Shown: in pieces, positions 9,025-19,114 of the stretch
How the letters are laid out: every line of letters begins with the position of its first letter
Numbering within the stretch: the stretch's first letter is position 1
Source of the DNA: Candidatus Phytoplasma tritici
Lineage (GTDB): Bacteria; Bacillota_I; Bacilli_A; Acholeplasmatales; Acholeplasmataceae
Assembly (NCBI RefSeq): GCF_000495255.1
Contig: NZ_AVAO01000001.1
Location: forward strand, 71,522 to 95,521
Reading direction: 5' to 3'
Length of the DNA stretch: 24,000 nt
The notes under the pieces: model-generated
Told to the model about the DNA's origin: nothing
Seen by the model: only the letters and a program-made list of their open reading frames with translations
Database searches by the model: none
Position numbers and translations under genes: made by a program

Positions 9025-10098
9025 TTGATTAGTAAGAATTTTTTTAAACTTTTAGATAAAATCGCTCAAGAAAGAGATTTAGATAAAGACCAAGTTATTG
9101 GTGCTTTTGCTAAAGGATTGATTTCTGGTTGCAAAAAAAATCATAAAGTTAAAAGTTGTAAAATCCAGTTAAAAGAAGACAAAAGCGAAATTATTTTATA
9201 TAAACAATTTTTGGTCGCTGACGAAGCTACTATGAGCACTATTAATTTAAAAGAGTCAACTCCCATTACTCTTGAAGAAGCCCAACAAATCAAGCCTCAT
9301 GCCAAAATAGGTCAAGTAATTGATATTAAAGTTGATCCTAAAGATTTTAATCTATACGCTGTTAAAGAATTTAAAAATCAATTCAACGAAGAACTTACAA
9401 AAAAGAAAAGAGAAAACATTTATAATTTTTTCAAACAACAAGAAGGCAAATTAATTAGTGCTAAAATTATTTCAGAAAACGACAAATTTTATAATTTGGA
9501 ATTAGAAAAAGAAATTACTACCTTACTTCCTAAAAAAGAAATTGCTTCTAATAATGAAATGCAAGTAGGCGAAAGAATTCAAGTTTTTTTGTCAGAGGTA
9601 AGAAAAACTACTAAATGGCCTAAGATTTTTGTCAGTTGCAATCATGTGGGACTTGTAGTTAAAGTGTTAGAAGAAAATATTCCTGAAATCCAAGAAGGCA
9701 TTGTTAAAATTGCAGGGGTTGCCCGCATTTCTGGCGAGCGCACCAAAATTGGTTTATTGTCTTGTGATGCTCAAGTAGATGCCATTGGCTCTTGTATTGG
9801 CGAAAGAAGCAATCGTATTAAAAATGTTATTAAAATCCTTAAAGGTGAAAAAGTTGATTTATTTGTTTGGAGCGACGATCCCCAAGAACTTATTGCAAAT
9901 GCCCTCAAACCTGCTTCATGCCTTCAAGTTGTTATCAAAGACGACATTAACAAATACGCTCTTGCAATTGTACCTGACGATCAATTTTCTTTAGCGATTG
10001 GTAAATTAGGTAAAAATGTTAAATTAGCAGTAGAAGTAACTAAGTGGAATATTGATATCAAAACCTTAGATCAAGCTCAAATAGAAGGATTAATTTAA
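9025..10098 (+). CDS. nusA: transcription termination/antitermination factor NusA
   Basis: 357 aa. TTG start lies 6 nt after AGGAGG (9013-9018). S1/KH region motifs GERTKIGLLS, VDAIGSCIGERSNRIKNVIKIL.GEKVDLFVWSDDP and LAIGKLGKNVKLA are present. Confidence 0.93.
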   Translation: MISKNFFKLLDKIAQERDLDKDQVIGAFAKGLISGCKKNHKVKSCKIQLKEDKSEIILYKQFLVADEATMSTINLKESTPITLEEAQQIKPHAKIGQVIDIKVDPKDFNLYAVKEFKNQFNEELTKKKRENIYNFFKQQEGKLISAKIISENDKFYNLELEKEITTLLPKKEIASNNEMQVGERIQVFLSEVRKTTKWPKIFVSCNHVGLVVKVLEENIPEIQEGIVKIAGVARISGERTKIGLLSCDAQVDAIGSCIGERSNRIKNVIKILKGEKVDLFVWSDDPQELIANALKPASCLQVVIKDDINKYALAIVPDDQFSLAIGKLGKNVKLAVEVTKWNIDIKTLDQAQIEGLI

Positions 10099-10103
10099 TT
10101 GTA

Positions 10104-10361
10104 ATGACTGTTTTGCGCACTTGTATAGTTTCTAAAAAAATTCAAGATATCAAAAACATGATTAGAATAAATAGCACTAAACAAGGAAAAGTAGCTGTTG
10201 ATTTTAATTTAGTACTTCAAGGAAGAGGAGCATATCTAACTTTAAAACCTGAATATGTTATTTTGTCGCAAAAAAAGAAACTTTTAGATAAAAAACTCAA
10301 AACCCAAGTGCCTGAAGAAATATATCAAACCCTTTTAAAATTAATTGCTTCACAAACTTAG
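10104..10361 (+). CDS. ylxR: YlxR/RnpM-family (DUF448) RNA-binding protein
   Basis: 85 aa. RTCIVSKK...GRGAYL motif is present, and the gene occupies the conserved position between nusA and infB. Confidence 0.8.
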   Translation: MTVLRTCIVSKKIQDIKNMIRINSTKQGKVAVDFNLVLQGRGAYLTLKPEYVILSQKKKLLDKKLKTQVPEEIYQTLLKLIASQT

Positions 10362-10515
10362 TAAATATTTTTATATTTATCCATTTTTTCCATCTTTGAA
10401 ATATCTTTATTCATTTCACACTTCACACTTTTTATTTTGTACTAAATTTATTTTTTATTTTGCAATTTTTTATTTTTATGTATTCAAAATTATTAAAATT
10501 AAAGGAGGGATGTAA

Positions 10516-12387
10516 ATGACCCTTAACAAAAAAACAAATAATGAAAATTCATCCAAAACTACCCCTAAATTATCCAAGGAAACAGATTTGCAAAACGATT
10601 TTGCTAGTAAAAACTATGTTTTTAATCCCCAAGACAAAGTTTTTCAAATCGCTCAAGTTTTTGGCATTACCAGCGCTGTTTTAATTAAAAAATTATTACA
10701 ATTAGGACTTAAATCAGATGTTAATCAAACTTTAGAAAAAGATATTGTTGAACTTTTAGCCAAAGATTACAATATTAAAGTAAGTGAACCCCAAAAAGAA
10801 AAAACCTCAACACAACTTCAACCACAAACGCCTCCCCTAACTAAATCCAAACCTCAAATCCAACCCAACCAAAAAATTAATTTACAAAAAACACCTCCTA
10901 TTGTAATTATTATGGGACACGTTGACCACGGTAAAACTACCTTATTAGATGCCATTCGAAAAACTCGTGTAGTTGATAAAGAATTTGGAGGCATCACACA
11001 ACACATAGGAGCTTATCAAGTCGAATACCAAGGCAATAAAATAACTTTTATTGATACTCCAGGACACGAAGCTTTTGATAAGATGAGAGCTAGAGGAGCT
11101 AAAATTACTGATATTTGTATTTTGGTAGTAGCAGTTGATGATTGTGTCAAACCACAAACCTTAGAAGCTTTGAAACACGCTCAAAAAGCCCAAATTCCTA
11201 TTATTGTTGCTTTAAATAAAGTTGATAAACCAAACAATAATACACAAAAAATTATGCAAGAATTATCTAGTTATGATTTATTACCTGAAGAATGGGGCGG
11301 CACCACTCCTTATATTGCTATTTCTGCTTTAAAAAGAGAAGGTTTGGAAAAAATATTAGAAATTATTCTTTTAGTTAGTGAAATCCAAAATTTACAAGCT
11401 AATCTCGATCAAAAAGCTCAAGGAACGGTTATTGAGGCAAGCCTTGATAAATCTCTAGGACCTGTGGCTACTTTTATTGTAAGTGATGGCAGCCTCAAAG
11501 TAGGCGATATCGTTGTTGCTGGAACTTCTTATGGAAAAATTCGTTCTATGGAAGATGAAAACAAAAAAACACTAACCAAAGCCTTACCTTCGCAACCTGT
11601 GCGAGTTTCAGGATTAAAAGAAGTTCCTCAAGCAGGAGATATTTTTTATGCGGTTACTAATGAAAAACAAGCACGCCAAATTGTAGCTGAAAAAAAATCC
11701 CAAACTAAAGAAACTTTAGCCAAAACTCTTTCACCTCTTAATTTAGAAGATATTTTACAAGACTTAGAAACCGAAAAACCGCAAGAACTAAATATAATTT
11801 TAAAAGCCGATACTCAAGGCAGTTTGGAAGCACTTCAAGGTATGATTGCCAAAATTAAAGTATCTGATCTTAAAGTGCAACTTTTGCGCGCTACTGTTGG
11901 AACAATCACAGAAACAGATATTGCTCTTGCTAAATCATCAGACAGTTTGTTAATGGGGTTCAATATCAAACCTGCTTTTTCTACATTCAAATCTGCTCAA
12001 AGACAAGAAGTAAAAATTACTATTCATAATGTTATTTACCACATTATCGAAGATATTGAACAAAAATTAAAATCTATGATTAAGCCTACTTTTGAAGAAG
12101 TGGTTACTGGCAAAGTAGAAGTAAGAAAAATTTTTAATATTAGCAAAGTTGGTAATATTGCTGGTTGTTATGTTAAACAAGGTATTGTCAATAATAGCGA
12201 TTTTGCTAAAGTGATGCGCAATGATGAAGTTTTATTTAAAGGTAAAATTGCATCCTTAAAACATCTCAAAGATAACATTAAATTTGCCAAACAAGGTCAT
12301 GAGTGCGGCATTTTACTTGATGGTTTTAATGATTTTGAAATTAATGATATAATAGAAACATCTAAACTAAGCAAAGTAGAGGAATAA
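10516..12387 (+). CDS. infB: translation initiation factor IF-2
   Basis: 623 aa. SD AAGGAGGG lies upstream. GTPase motifs GHVDHGKTTLLD, DTPGHEAF and NKVDK are present, along with a conserved C-terminal domain. Confidence 0.95.
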   Translation: MTLNKKTNNENSSKTTPKLSKETDLQNDFASKNYVFNPQDKVFQIAQVFGITSAVLIKKLLQLGLKSDVNQTLEKDIVELLAKDYNIKVSEPQKEKTSTQLQPQTPPLTKSKPQIQPNQKINLQKTPPIVIIMGHVDHGKTTLLDAIRKTRVVDKEFGGITQHIGAYQVEYQGNKITFIDTPGHEAFDKMRARGAKITDICILVVAVDDCVKPQTLEALKHAQKAQIPIIVALNKVDKPNNNTQKIMQELSSYDLLPEEWGGTTPYIAISALKREGLEKILEIILLVSEIQNLQANLDQKAQGTVIEASLDKSLGPVATFIVSDGSLKVGDIVVAGTSYGKIRSMEDENKKTLTKALPSQPVRVSGLKEVPQAGDIFYAVTNEKQARQIVAEKKSQTKETLAKTLSPLNLEDILQDLETEKPQELNIILKADTQGSLEALQGMIAKIKVSDLKVQLLRATVGTITETDIALAKSSDSLLMGFNIKPAFSTFKSAQRQEVKITIHNVIYHIIEDIEQKLKSMIKPTFEEVVTGKVEVRKIFNISKVGNIAGCYVKQGIVNNSDFAKVMRNDEVLFKGKIASLKHLKDNIKFAKQGHECGILLDGFNDFEINDIIETSKLSKVEE

Positions 12388-12390
12388 AAA

Positions 12391-12732
12391 ATGGTAACAA
12401 CAGCTGAAAGACTATCCAGTCTAATTCAAAAAGAATTGGTGTTAATTAATGATATTATTCAAGACGAACAAATAGGATATATTAATTTAACCGATGTTAA
12501 AGTAACAAAAGACTTGTCTTTTGCTAATGTTTATTACACTATTTTAAGTGATGATCCAACTGTTTTGAAATTAACAGAAGAAACTATTGAACAAAATAAA
12601 GTTGTTATTCGGTTGGAATTAGCTAAAAAAATTAAAAATTTTCGTAAAATCCCTGATTTAGTTTTTAAATATGATAAATCTTTATCTTATGGGCGTCATA
12701 TAGAAAATATTTTAAAAGATATTAATAAATAA
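12391..12732 (+). CDS. rbfA: ribosome-binding factor A
   Basis: 113 aa. The gene starts 3 nt after the infB stop. Motifs FANVYYT and RKIPDLVFKYD are present. Confidence 0.88.
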   Translation: MVTTAERLSSLIQKELVLINDIIQDEQIGYINLTDVKVTKDLSFANVYYTILSDDPTVLKLTEETIEQNKVVIRLELAKKIKNFRKIPDLVFKYDKSLSYGRHIENILKDINK

Positions 12733-12770
12733 TTTCTTTCTTTGTTATTTGTTTCAATAATTTATATAAG

Positions 12771-12798
12771 AGATGCTTTAATGAAGGCATCTTTTTTT
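12771..12798 (+). terminator. rho-independent terminator of the nusA-infB-rbfA operon
   Basis: agatgcttt pairs with aaggcatct, a 9-bp stem with one G-U pair. The loop is aatg and ttttttt follows. Confidence 0.65.
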
Positions 12799-13028
12799 AA
12801 TTGGTATTGGCATTTTGTTATTGTCGTTATTGAAAAATAATTTGATCACAAAATACAAAAATTAAAACTTCTTTTCTTTGTGCAATTCAAAAAAATAATG
12901 TAATTAGTAAAATAATTCAAATATATAATTGCAAAAGTAAATTTGTAAACGGTTTTTTGTTTTGTGTTTTTGCTTATCATAAATAATAAAATGAAATAAA
13001 TAAAACACAACAAAAAGAAAGGACAATA

Positions 13029-13595
13029 ATGAAACTTATTGTAGGTTTGGGCAATCCAGGTACCAAATTTGTAAATACTCGTCATAATGTTGGTTTTGCT
13101 GTTGTTGATTCTTTTTTAAGTCAAAATAAATATCAAATCTTGAAGGAAGACACAAATGCCCACATTTATCAAATTAATTTTAATAATTATCAAGCATTAT
13201 TGATTAAATCACAAACATATATGAATTTTTCAGGTGAAGTGGTGAAAAAAATTATAAATAAATATCGCATTAAGATAGAAAATATTTTAGTTATTGTAGA
13301 TGATATTTATTTGGATGAAGGAAAATTAAAGTTAAAAATGAAAGGTGGTCATGGAGGGCATAACGGATTAAGAAATATTATTGATCGTTTAGGCACTAAA
13401 CAATTTAAAAGGTTAAAAATAGGAGTCAGTTTAGATTCTTGCATGCCTTTGGATCAATATCTTTTAACACCTGTGAATTCAAGAATTCAAAAAAACATTT
13501 TAAAAAACATCGATATTATTAATAAAATTATATTTAATTTTATTCAAGATGTTGATTTTAATATTTTGATGAATGGTTATAATTCTAAACTTTGA
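13029..13595 (+). CDS. pth: peptidyl-tRNA hydrolase
   Basis: 188 aa. Motifs MKLIVGLGNPG, TRHNVGF and GHGGHNGLRNI are present. The gene ends with TGA, which supports code 11. Confidence 0.92.
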   Translation: MKLIVGLGNPGTKFVNTRHNVGFAVVDSFLSQNKYQILKEDTNAHIYQINFNNYQALLIKSQTYMNFSGEVVKKIINKYRIKIENILVIVDDIYLDEGKLKLKMKGGHGGHNGLRNIIDRLGTKQFKRLKIGVSLDSCMPLDQYLLTPVNSRIQKNILKNIDIINKIIFNFIQDVDFNILMNGYNSKL

Positions 13596-13666
13596 TTTTT
13601 ACTACTTATTATTTATTTGAAAATAAATGATTTCTTAATTGAACAAATTTATAAAGGTATAAAAAA

Positions 13667-13697
13667 AGAGCAAATATGAGAAATATTTGCTCTTTTT
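13667..13697. terminator. bidirectional rho-independent terminator between convergent pth and the hemolysin-like gene
   Basis: agagcaaatat (13667-13677) pairs with atatttgctct (13683-13693). An A-run lies on the left and a T-run on the right, so it can terminate transcripts from both strands. Confidence 0.65.
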
Positions 13698-13746
13698 GTT
13701 TTGTTGTATTTTGTTTTGTTGTATTTTGTTTTGTTGTATTTTGTTT
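13696..13746. repeat. 15-bp minisatellite (ttgttttgttgtatt) x3 plus a partial unit; the second block lies at 13894-13944
   Basis: Three exact 15-mers are followed by ttgttt. The block is reproduced inside the second 198-bp unit. Confidence 0.9.
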
Positions 13747-14091
13747 ATTGTTATAAATCTATTTTTGTGATTTTGATTTGAGAAATTACTTTATCATTGT
13801 GTTTTAAGATTTTAAATTTAAAATTCTTATAAATGATTTCGGTATTTTTGTCATTTTGGTTGGGGCATCTTCCCAATTTGCCTATTAAAAAACTTGTTTT
13901 GTTGTATTTTGTTTTGTTGTATTTTGTTTTGTTGTATTTTGTTTATTGTTATAAATCTATTTTTGTGATTTTGATTTGAGAAATTACTTTATCATTGTGT
14001 TTTAAGATTTTAAATTTAAAATTCTTATAAATGATTTCGGTATTTTTGTCATTTTGGTTGGGGCATCTTCCCAATTTGCCTATTAAAAAAC
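13696..14091. repeat. perfect tandem duplication, 2 x 198 bp (13696-13893 and 13894-14091)
   Basis: Base-by-base comparison shows the two units are identical. Each unit holds a 15-bp minisatellite block plus the last 47 codons and the stop of the minus-strand hemolysin-like gene. Only copy 2 is joined to the rest of the gene. Confidence 0.95.
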
Positions 14092-15226
14092 CACTTAAAG
14101 TATCGTAATCTTCAGTATTAAATTCTAATTTAATTGCTTCTGCTACTTCTTCTAAATTAACAAATCCATTGACAATATATTCATTTTTGGCAACTTCTTT
14201 AATCATTAGCTCTTCGTTGTCGTATTCGTCAGAAATTTCACCTAAGATCTCTTCAATTAAATCCTCAAAAGTAATTATTCCAGCTGTGCCACCATATTCG
14301 TCAATTACTATTGCTATATGGGTTTTGTTTTTTTTCATTTCGCGAAATATTTCTCTAGTATTTTGGACATCTTGCACTAAATAAGGTTTTCTAATGAATT
14401 TTTTCAAATCAAAAATTTTATTTGGGTTTGAGGACATTAAATAATTAAAAATATCTTTAACATGTAAAATGCCTATAATATTATCAATACTATTTTCATA
14501 AACTGGGAAACGTGTGTATTTTTCATTTTGGATAGTTTTAATTAATTCTTTTTTGGTAATTTCAACATCAATTGCAACTATTTCGGTGCGGTGACGCATT
14601 ACTTCAGAAATGTTTGTGTGATCAAATTCAAAAATATTTTGAATCATTTTATTTTCATCTTTGTCAATGATGCCTTTTTTATAACTTGAAGTTAACATTA
14701 AGCGTAGTTCGTCTTCCGAAACTTGTATGCTATTTTTGTTAGGATTTAGCCCTAAAACAATAAGAAAAAGATTACTTACTTTAGTCAAAATCCAAACTAA
14801 AGGTGTAATTAACCAAGCAATTAAGGAAATAGAACCAGAAAAAAGATAAGCAATTTTGGAAGGTGCATGCATTGCTATGCGTTTAGGAATTAATTCTCCA
14901 AAAATAATAGAAAGAGTAATAATTAAAGCCTCAATTCCGATTTTATGTAATGAAAAATGACCCTCTTTCTCTCTTAGCCAATAAGATGTTACAATATTTC
15001 CTTGAAAAAAAGTAATTATATGAATCATAATTTGAATTACTGATAAAAAAGTGGTTGGTTTGGCTTTGATTTTTTTTACCCTTAGAGCATTTTTATTTCC
15101 CTTTTTTATATCTAATTCAATTTTGCTTTCGTTAGTAGAAATAAAAGATATTTCGCAAGCTGCAAAAAAAGCATTTAATGCGATTAAAATAATCAATATG
15201 ACTATCGGATTCATAAGAAAAAACAC
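13949..15226 (-). CDS. tlyC: hemolysin-like CNNM/DUF21-CBS-CorC_HlyC family membrane protein
   Basis: 425 aa. The N-terminal half is hydrophobic (DUF21). Central CBS-pair motifs VMRHRTEIVAID...GILHVKDI are present, and the C-terminal CorC/HlyC region contains DYDTLSGFLIGKLGR. The ORF-track start at 15226 is GTG. The ATG at 15214 (MNPIVILIIL...) is an equally plausible start. Confidence 0.85.
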   Translation of the reverse strand: MFFLMNPIVILIILIALNAFFAACEISFISTNESKIELDIKKGNKNALRVKKIKAKPTTFLSVIQIMIHIITFFQGNIVTSYWLREKEGHFSLHKIGIEALIITLSIIFGELIPKRIAMHAPSKIAYLFSGSISLIAWLITPLVWILTKVSNLFLIVLGLNPNKNSIQVSEDELRLMLTSSYKKGIIDKDENKMIQNIFEFDHTNISEVMRHRTEIVAIDVEITKKELIKTIQNEKYTRFPVYENSIDNIIGILHVKDIFNYLMSSNPNKIFDLKKFIRKPYLVQDVQNTREIFREMKKNKTHIAIVIDEYGGTAGIITFEDLIEEILGEISDEYDNEELMIKEVAKNEYIVNGFVNLEEVAEAIKLEFNTEDYDTLSGFLIGKLGRCPNQNDKNTEIIYKNFKFKILKHNDKVISQIKITKIDL

Positions 15227-15601
15227 TTTTTAGCATTAATGCACAATTTTTTATTTGCTAAATTTGATTTTTTATTTACAAACGTCTTTTTTTTAAAGAT
15301 ATTTATTGTGCTAAATTTTATACTATCACTATCTTCCATATGTTTTTGAAACAATACCTCACCTTTAATTTATATTTTTAATAACTAACTGATTTCATTT
15401 TAACATAAATAATAAAAAATGTCAATTTGTGAAGTGAAATAATTGTTGCTTTTGCATTGTTTTTGCTGGATTTTTTTAGTACATATTTTTTTGTTAATAG
15501 GAAATATTGAAAAGCAATAAAAAAGAATGGTAATTTTGTTTTGGTGTTGCTTTTTATTTCCTCAATAAAATTTTAATTTATTTTTTGATTTTGTAATTTG
15601 T

Positions 15602-18043
15602 TTACAATAAATTAGCGAACCTATCAAAAATAATTAAAGCATCTTGGTGAATGTTGTTTTCCAAAATAAAATCTAGATTCAAAGGCCAAATGCTATATTT
15701 TAGTGTCAATAAACAGCGATAACGGTTATTTTTTTTAGGAATAAGTGACAAAACAGGACCTAAAACAGTTATTTTATGTGAAAAACGATTTGCCAATACC
15801 CCTTTGATGCGGTAAGCAATATCAAAAGTTTTTTTAAAATCTTTATGAGAGATTAAAATTTTGCTGATATATCCAAATGGAGGGTTTTGTGACATTTTTC
15901 TTTCTTCTAAAAGTTTTCTCAAAAAACTCTTTTCTTCATATTTAACCGCTGCATTAATTGCAAAATGATCTACATTATAACTTTGTACAATTACTTTTCC
16001 TTTTTCTTTTCTGCCACAACGTCCTGCTGCTTGGATGAGTAATTGAAAGGTTTTTTCTGAGCCTTTAAAACTAGGAATTTTGAGTAAACAATCCGCCATT
16101 AAAATACCTACCAAAGTAACTTTGTGAAAGTCAAGTCCTTTGGCAATCATTTGAGTTCCTAACAAAATATCTGCTTTTTCTTGATTAAAATCTTTCCATA
16201 ATTTTTCGTATTGACCAATTTTTGTGATAGTATCTGAATCAAATTTGATAATCCTTGCATGTAAAAATTCTTTTTGGAGATAAGCTTCGATGTATTCGAT
16301 ACCAACGCCGACTTCTTTTATTTGTTCTTTGGAACAGCGTCTGCATTTTGTTGTAAATTGCTCTTTATAGTTGCAATGACTACATTTTAATAGCTCTTGT
16401 CTTTGATAAAAAGTAAGACTATTGTTGCATTTATGGCATTTTGGGACAAAGCCGCAAAAACGGCATAAAACAAATGGCGCAAAACCTTTGGTGTTGATAA
16501 ATAAAATGGCTTGTTGTTGTTTGGCTATAACTTCCTTTAAGGCATTTTGGAGGGTTTGGGAAAAAGGTTCTAAACTGCCTTTTTTTAATTCTTCTTTCAT
16601 GTCAACAAGTTCGATGGGTGGAAAAGCATCAATTAAAGCTCTTTTGGTAAGGCTTAAAAGTTGATAATTTTTTTGTAAAACTTGATAATGACTTTCCAAA
16701 GAAGGAGTTGCGCTTCCTAAAATTAAAGGAATTTTGTGGTATTTAGCCCTTATTTGTGCTAAGTTTCTTGCATCATAAGTGGCGCGCTCTTTTTCTATTA
16801 AAGCCTCGTCGTGTTCTTCGTCAATGATGATAATTCCTAAATTATTTAAAGGAGCAAAAATAGCACTACGAGTTCCCAAAACAATGCAGGCTTGTTGTTC
16901 TTTGATTTTTAAAAATTGGTCTAAATGTTCTTTGGGGCTTAAATAACTATGTAAAATAGCTATATTTTTGTTTGTAAATTTGGCTTGGAGACGTTGCATT
17001 AAAGGAGCTATTAATATTAATTCGGGTACCAATAATAAAACTTGCTTATTTTGATTGAGAACTTTGGTAATTAAATGGAGATAAATTTCAGTTTTTCCTG
17101 ATCCCGTTTTTCCATGCAAAAGATAAGTTTTATGGCAGTTAAGATTTATTTTTTGCAATATTTGTTGTTGCTCTTCATTCAAAGTTATTTTTTTGTCTTT
17201 TGTAAGTAAATCAAAGTTGTGATTCAAAATTATACTTATTTTTTTTTCTTTTTGTAAAATGATTTTTTTGCGGATTAATGATTGAATAATGCTGTTTGAA
17301 GTTAATTCTAAGGCTTTTTTTCTTGTGATTTCTTGAATTTCTATTTTTTGTTTGCTATGTTTGATTTCATTTGAGTTTGTTTTATTTAACATTTTCAAAG
17401 GTTTTAATTGTTTTAATTTTTCAACAAAATCTTTTTGTTTGGGTGTTAATTTTGTGTCTTTTTGTTCGCTTGATTTTGGATTAAGGTGGTAAATGCATAT
17501 TTTTTTTTCAGTGTTTTTTTCTTTGAGTTGTAAAATATCTTTGATTATGACAATTTTTTTCTTAGATAGTTTTGTGAAATGTTCTAAAAGTTTTTCTTGG
17601 GATTTATTTTTGGGATTTAAAAAAAGTTTATTTTTGTTTGTGAAAAAACCTTTGAGATTTTCAGGTAAAAACTCCTTGTTTATAATTTTAATTTCTTTTA
17701 AAAAAGATTTTACAAATTCTTTGGGGAAAATAGTTTCATAAACTAAGGCTTTAATGATAAAAGGAGTTTTTAACATTTCTTGAGATAATAAAAAAAATTC
17801 TTGATTAAAATAAGGAGTTTCATCTAAAATAGTTATTATTTCTTTTAAGCTCTTATTGAATTGGCTATTTTCTTTTAAATTGATAACGTAGCCTAAGCGT
17901 TGTAAATTAGCATTACCAAAAGGAACAACAACTCTCATTGCCCTTTTTATTATCTTTTCAAAATGGGGTGGTACCAAATAATCAAAAGGTTTGTTGATTC
18001 CTTGATATGTAGTTTTTATATCTATAATTATTTCAGCTATCAA
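15602..18043 (-). CDS. priA: primosomal replication-restart helicase PriA (protein N')
   Basis: 813 aa. TTG start. Walker A GKTGSGKTE and the DEEHD box are present. The Cys-rich zinc-binding insert reads CRFCGFVPKCHKCNNSLTFYQRQELLKCSHCNY...CRRC. The helicase C-terminal motif is QAAGRCGR. Confidence 0.92.
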   Translation of the reverse strand: MIAEIIIDIKTTYQGINKPFDYLVPPHFEKIIKRAMRVVVPFGNANLQRLGYVINLKENSQFNKSLKEIITILDETPYFNQEFFLLSQEMLKTPFIIKALVYETIFPKEFVKSFLKEIKIINKEFLPENLKGFFTNKNKLFLNPKNKSQEKLLEHFTKLSKKKIVIIKDILQLKEKNTEKKICIYHLNPKSSEQKDTKLTPKQKDFVEKLKQLKPLKMLNKTNSNEIKHSKQKIEIQEITRKKALELTSNSIIQSLIRKKIILQKEKKISIILNHNFDLLTKDKKITLNEEQQQILQKINLNCHKTYLLHGKTGSGKTEIYLHLITKVLNQNKQVLLLVPELILIAPLMQRLQAKFTNKNIAILHSYLSPKEHLDQFLKIKEQQACIVLGTRSAIFAPLNNLGIIIIDEEHDEALIEKERATYDARNLAQIRAKYHKIPLILGSATPSLESHYQVLQKNYQLLSLTKRALIDAFPPIELVDMKEELKKGSLEPFSQTLQNALKEVIAKQQQAILFINTKGFAPFVLCRFCGFVPKCHKCNNSLTFYQRQELLKCSHCNYKEQFTTKCRRCSKEQIKEVGVGIEYIEAYLQKEFLHARIIKFDSDTITKIGQYEKLWKDFNQEKADILLGTQMIAKGLDFHKVTLVGILMADCLLKIPSFKGSEKTFQLLIQAAGRCGRKEKGKVIVQSYNVDHFAINAAVKYEEKSFLRKLLEERKMSQNPPFGYISKILISHKDFKKTFDIAYRIKGVLANRFSHKITVLGPVLSLIPKKNNRYRCLLTLKYSIWPLNLDFILENNIHQDALIIFDRFANLL

Positions 18044-18393
18044 TGTTTTATACTTGCTTTCCTTATTGCTTTGGTGTTTGTGTGTTTAATACTTCAATTA
18101 TAACAAAATTATAAATCATTTAGGATTAATAAAAAAAAGAATTTTAAAAAAGTCTCTTTAAGGTTTGGTTGAATGTAATTAATGTGTTTTTTCTAATTAT
18201 GTCTGTTTGTTGTTGTTTGAACTATAATATTTTATTGATTAAAATTGTAAGCTATTTATAATATGTTATATTTTTTTATAAATAGATAAAGTTTTTCTTA
18301 CAGGATTAAAGTATAAATTAAAACTTTCTTTATTGTTTCTAAATACTAAAAAATATTTTTCTTATTAAATAAAAATAAAAAAGGAGGATTAAA

Positions 18394-18543
18394 ATGGCGA
18401 GAAATTACAGACGTTCTTATTACAGTAAAAAATCTTTTAGAAGAAATAAATTAACCTTAGGAAGTTTTTTACATATTGGATTTTACCTACTTTAGGTATT
18501 GTTATACCTTTTTTGCTTTATTTTGCTTCAAAAGGTTATTTGA
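18394..18543 (+). pseudogene. mini membrane-protein gene interrupted by an in-frame TAG, or a genuine 33-aa peptide
   Basis: Consensus AGGAGG (18382-18387) lies 6 nt before the ATG. The product is MARNYRRSYYSKKSFRRNKLTLGSFLHIGFYLL, then TAG (18493-18495), then in frame VLLYLFCFILLQKVI*. The stop falls in the middle of a predicted TM helix. Confidence 0.35.
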
Positions 18544-18593
18544 GTTTATCTAAGTAATTATTATAAGTATATAAAAGAAAGGATTATAATAAA

Positions 18594-18707
18594 ATGACTT
18601 TAAGACAAGTTTTAACACTTATTGCCCTTAGTGGTATATTTATTTTTGTTTTATATAAGTTTGGCATTATTGTTCCTGATTCAACTAAAATTACATGCAT
18701 TATTTAA
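18594..18707 (+). CDS. 37-aa single-pass hydrophobic peptide (hypothetical)
   Basis: The ATG is preceded by gaaaggatt. The product is MTLRQVLTLIALSGIFIFVLYKFGIIVPDSTKITCII*. It falls below the ORF-track length cutoff. Confidence 0.3.
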   Translation: MTLRQVLTLIALSGIFIFVLYKFGIIVPDSTKITCII

Positions 18708-18749
18708 ATGTTGAATAAAGTATAATTCATTGTTTTTAAAAAGTAGATT

Positions 18750-19114
18750 ATGAAAAGGTTGAAAAATAATAAAGAATTAGAAATTAGAGACAAAATAGAA
18801 CAACAACAACAACATCAAACTCCATTACTTAAATATCCCTCAATAACTCATTATAAATCTTATGGTAAAATAATTGATTATATTGTGAAGAATATAACAA
18901 ATACACAAGTAATTTAATCAAAAAAACATATTATAAAATGGATGGTAAAATAATTAATTATATTGAAGAATATAACCAAGATACAGGTAAAAGAATTAAA
19001 GCAGTTTATTATCAAATTGATGGTAAAACAATTGATTGTATTGAATAATATAACTCTCGTGATAAAATTATTAAAGAAACTTATTACAATTCCGACGGAA
19101 CTATTATAGATTAA
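18750..19114 (+). pseudogene. DUF2963-repeat protein gene, disrupted
   Basis: Repeated motif DGK(T/I)IxYIEEYNxxTGKxIKxxYY. The reading needs a +1 shift near 18885 (...YGKIIDYIV / EEYNKYT...). It also crosses an in-frame TAA at 19046-19048 (DGKTIDCIE*YNSRDKIIKETYYNSDGTIID*). Confidence 0.6.
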
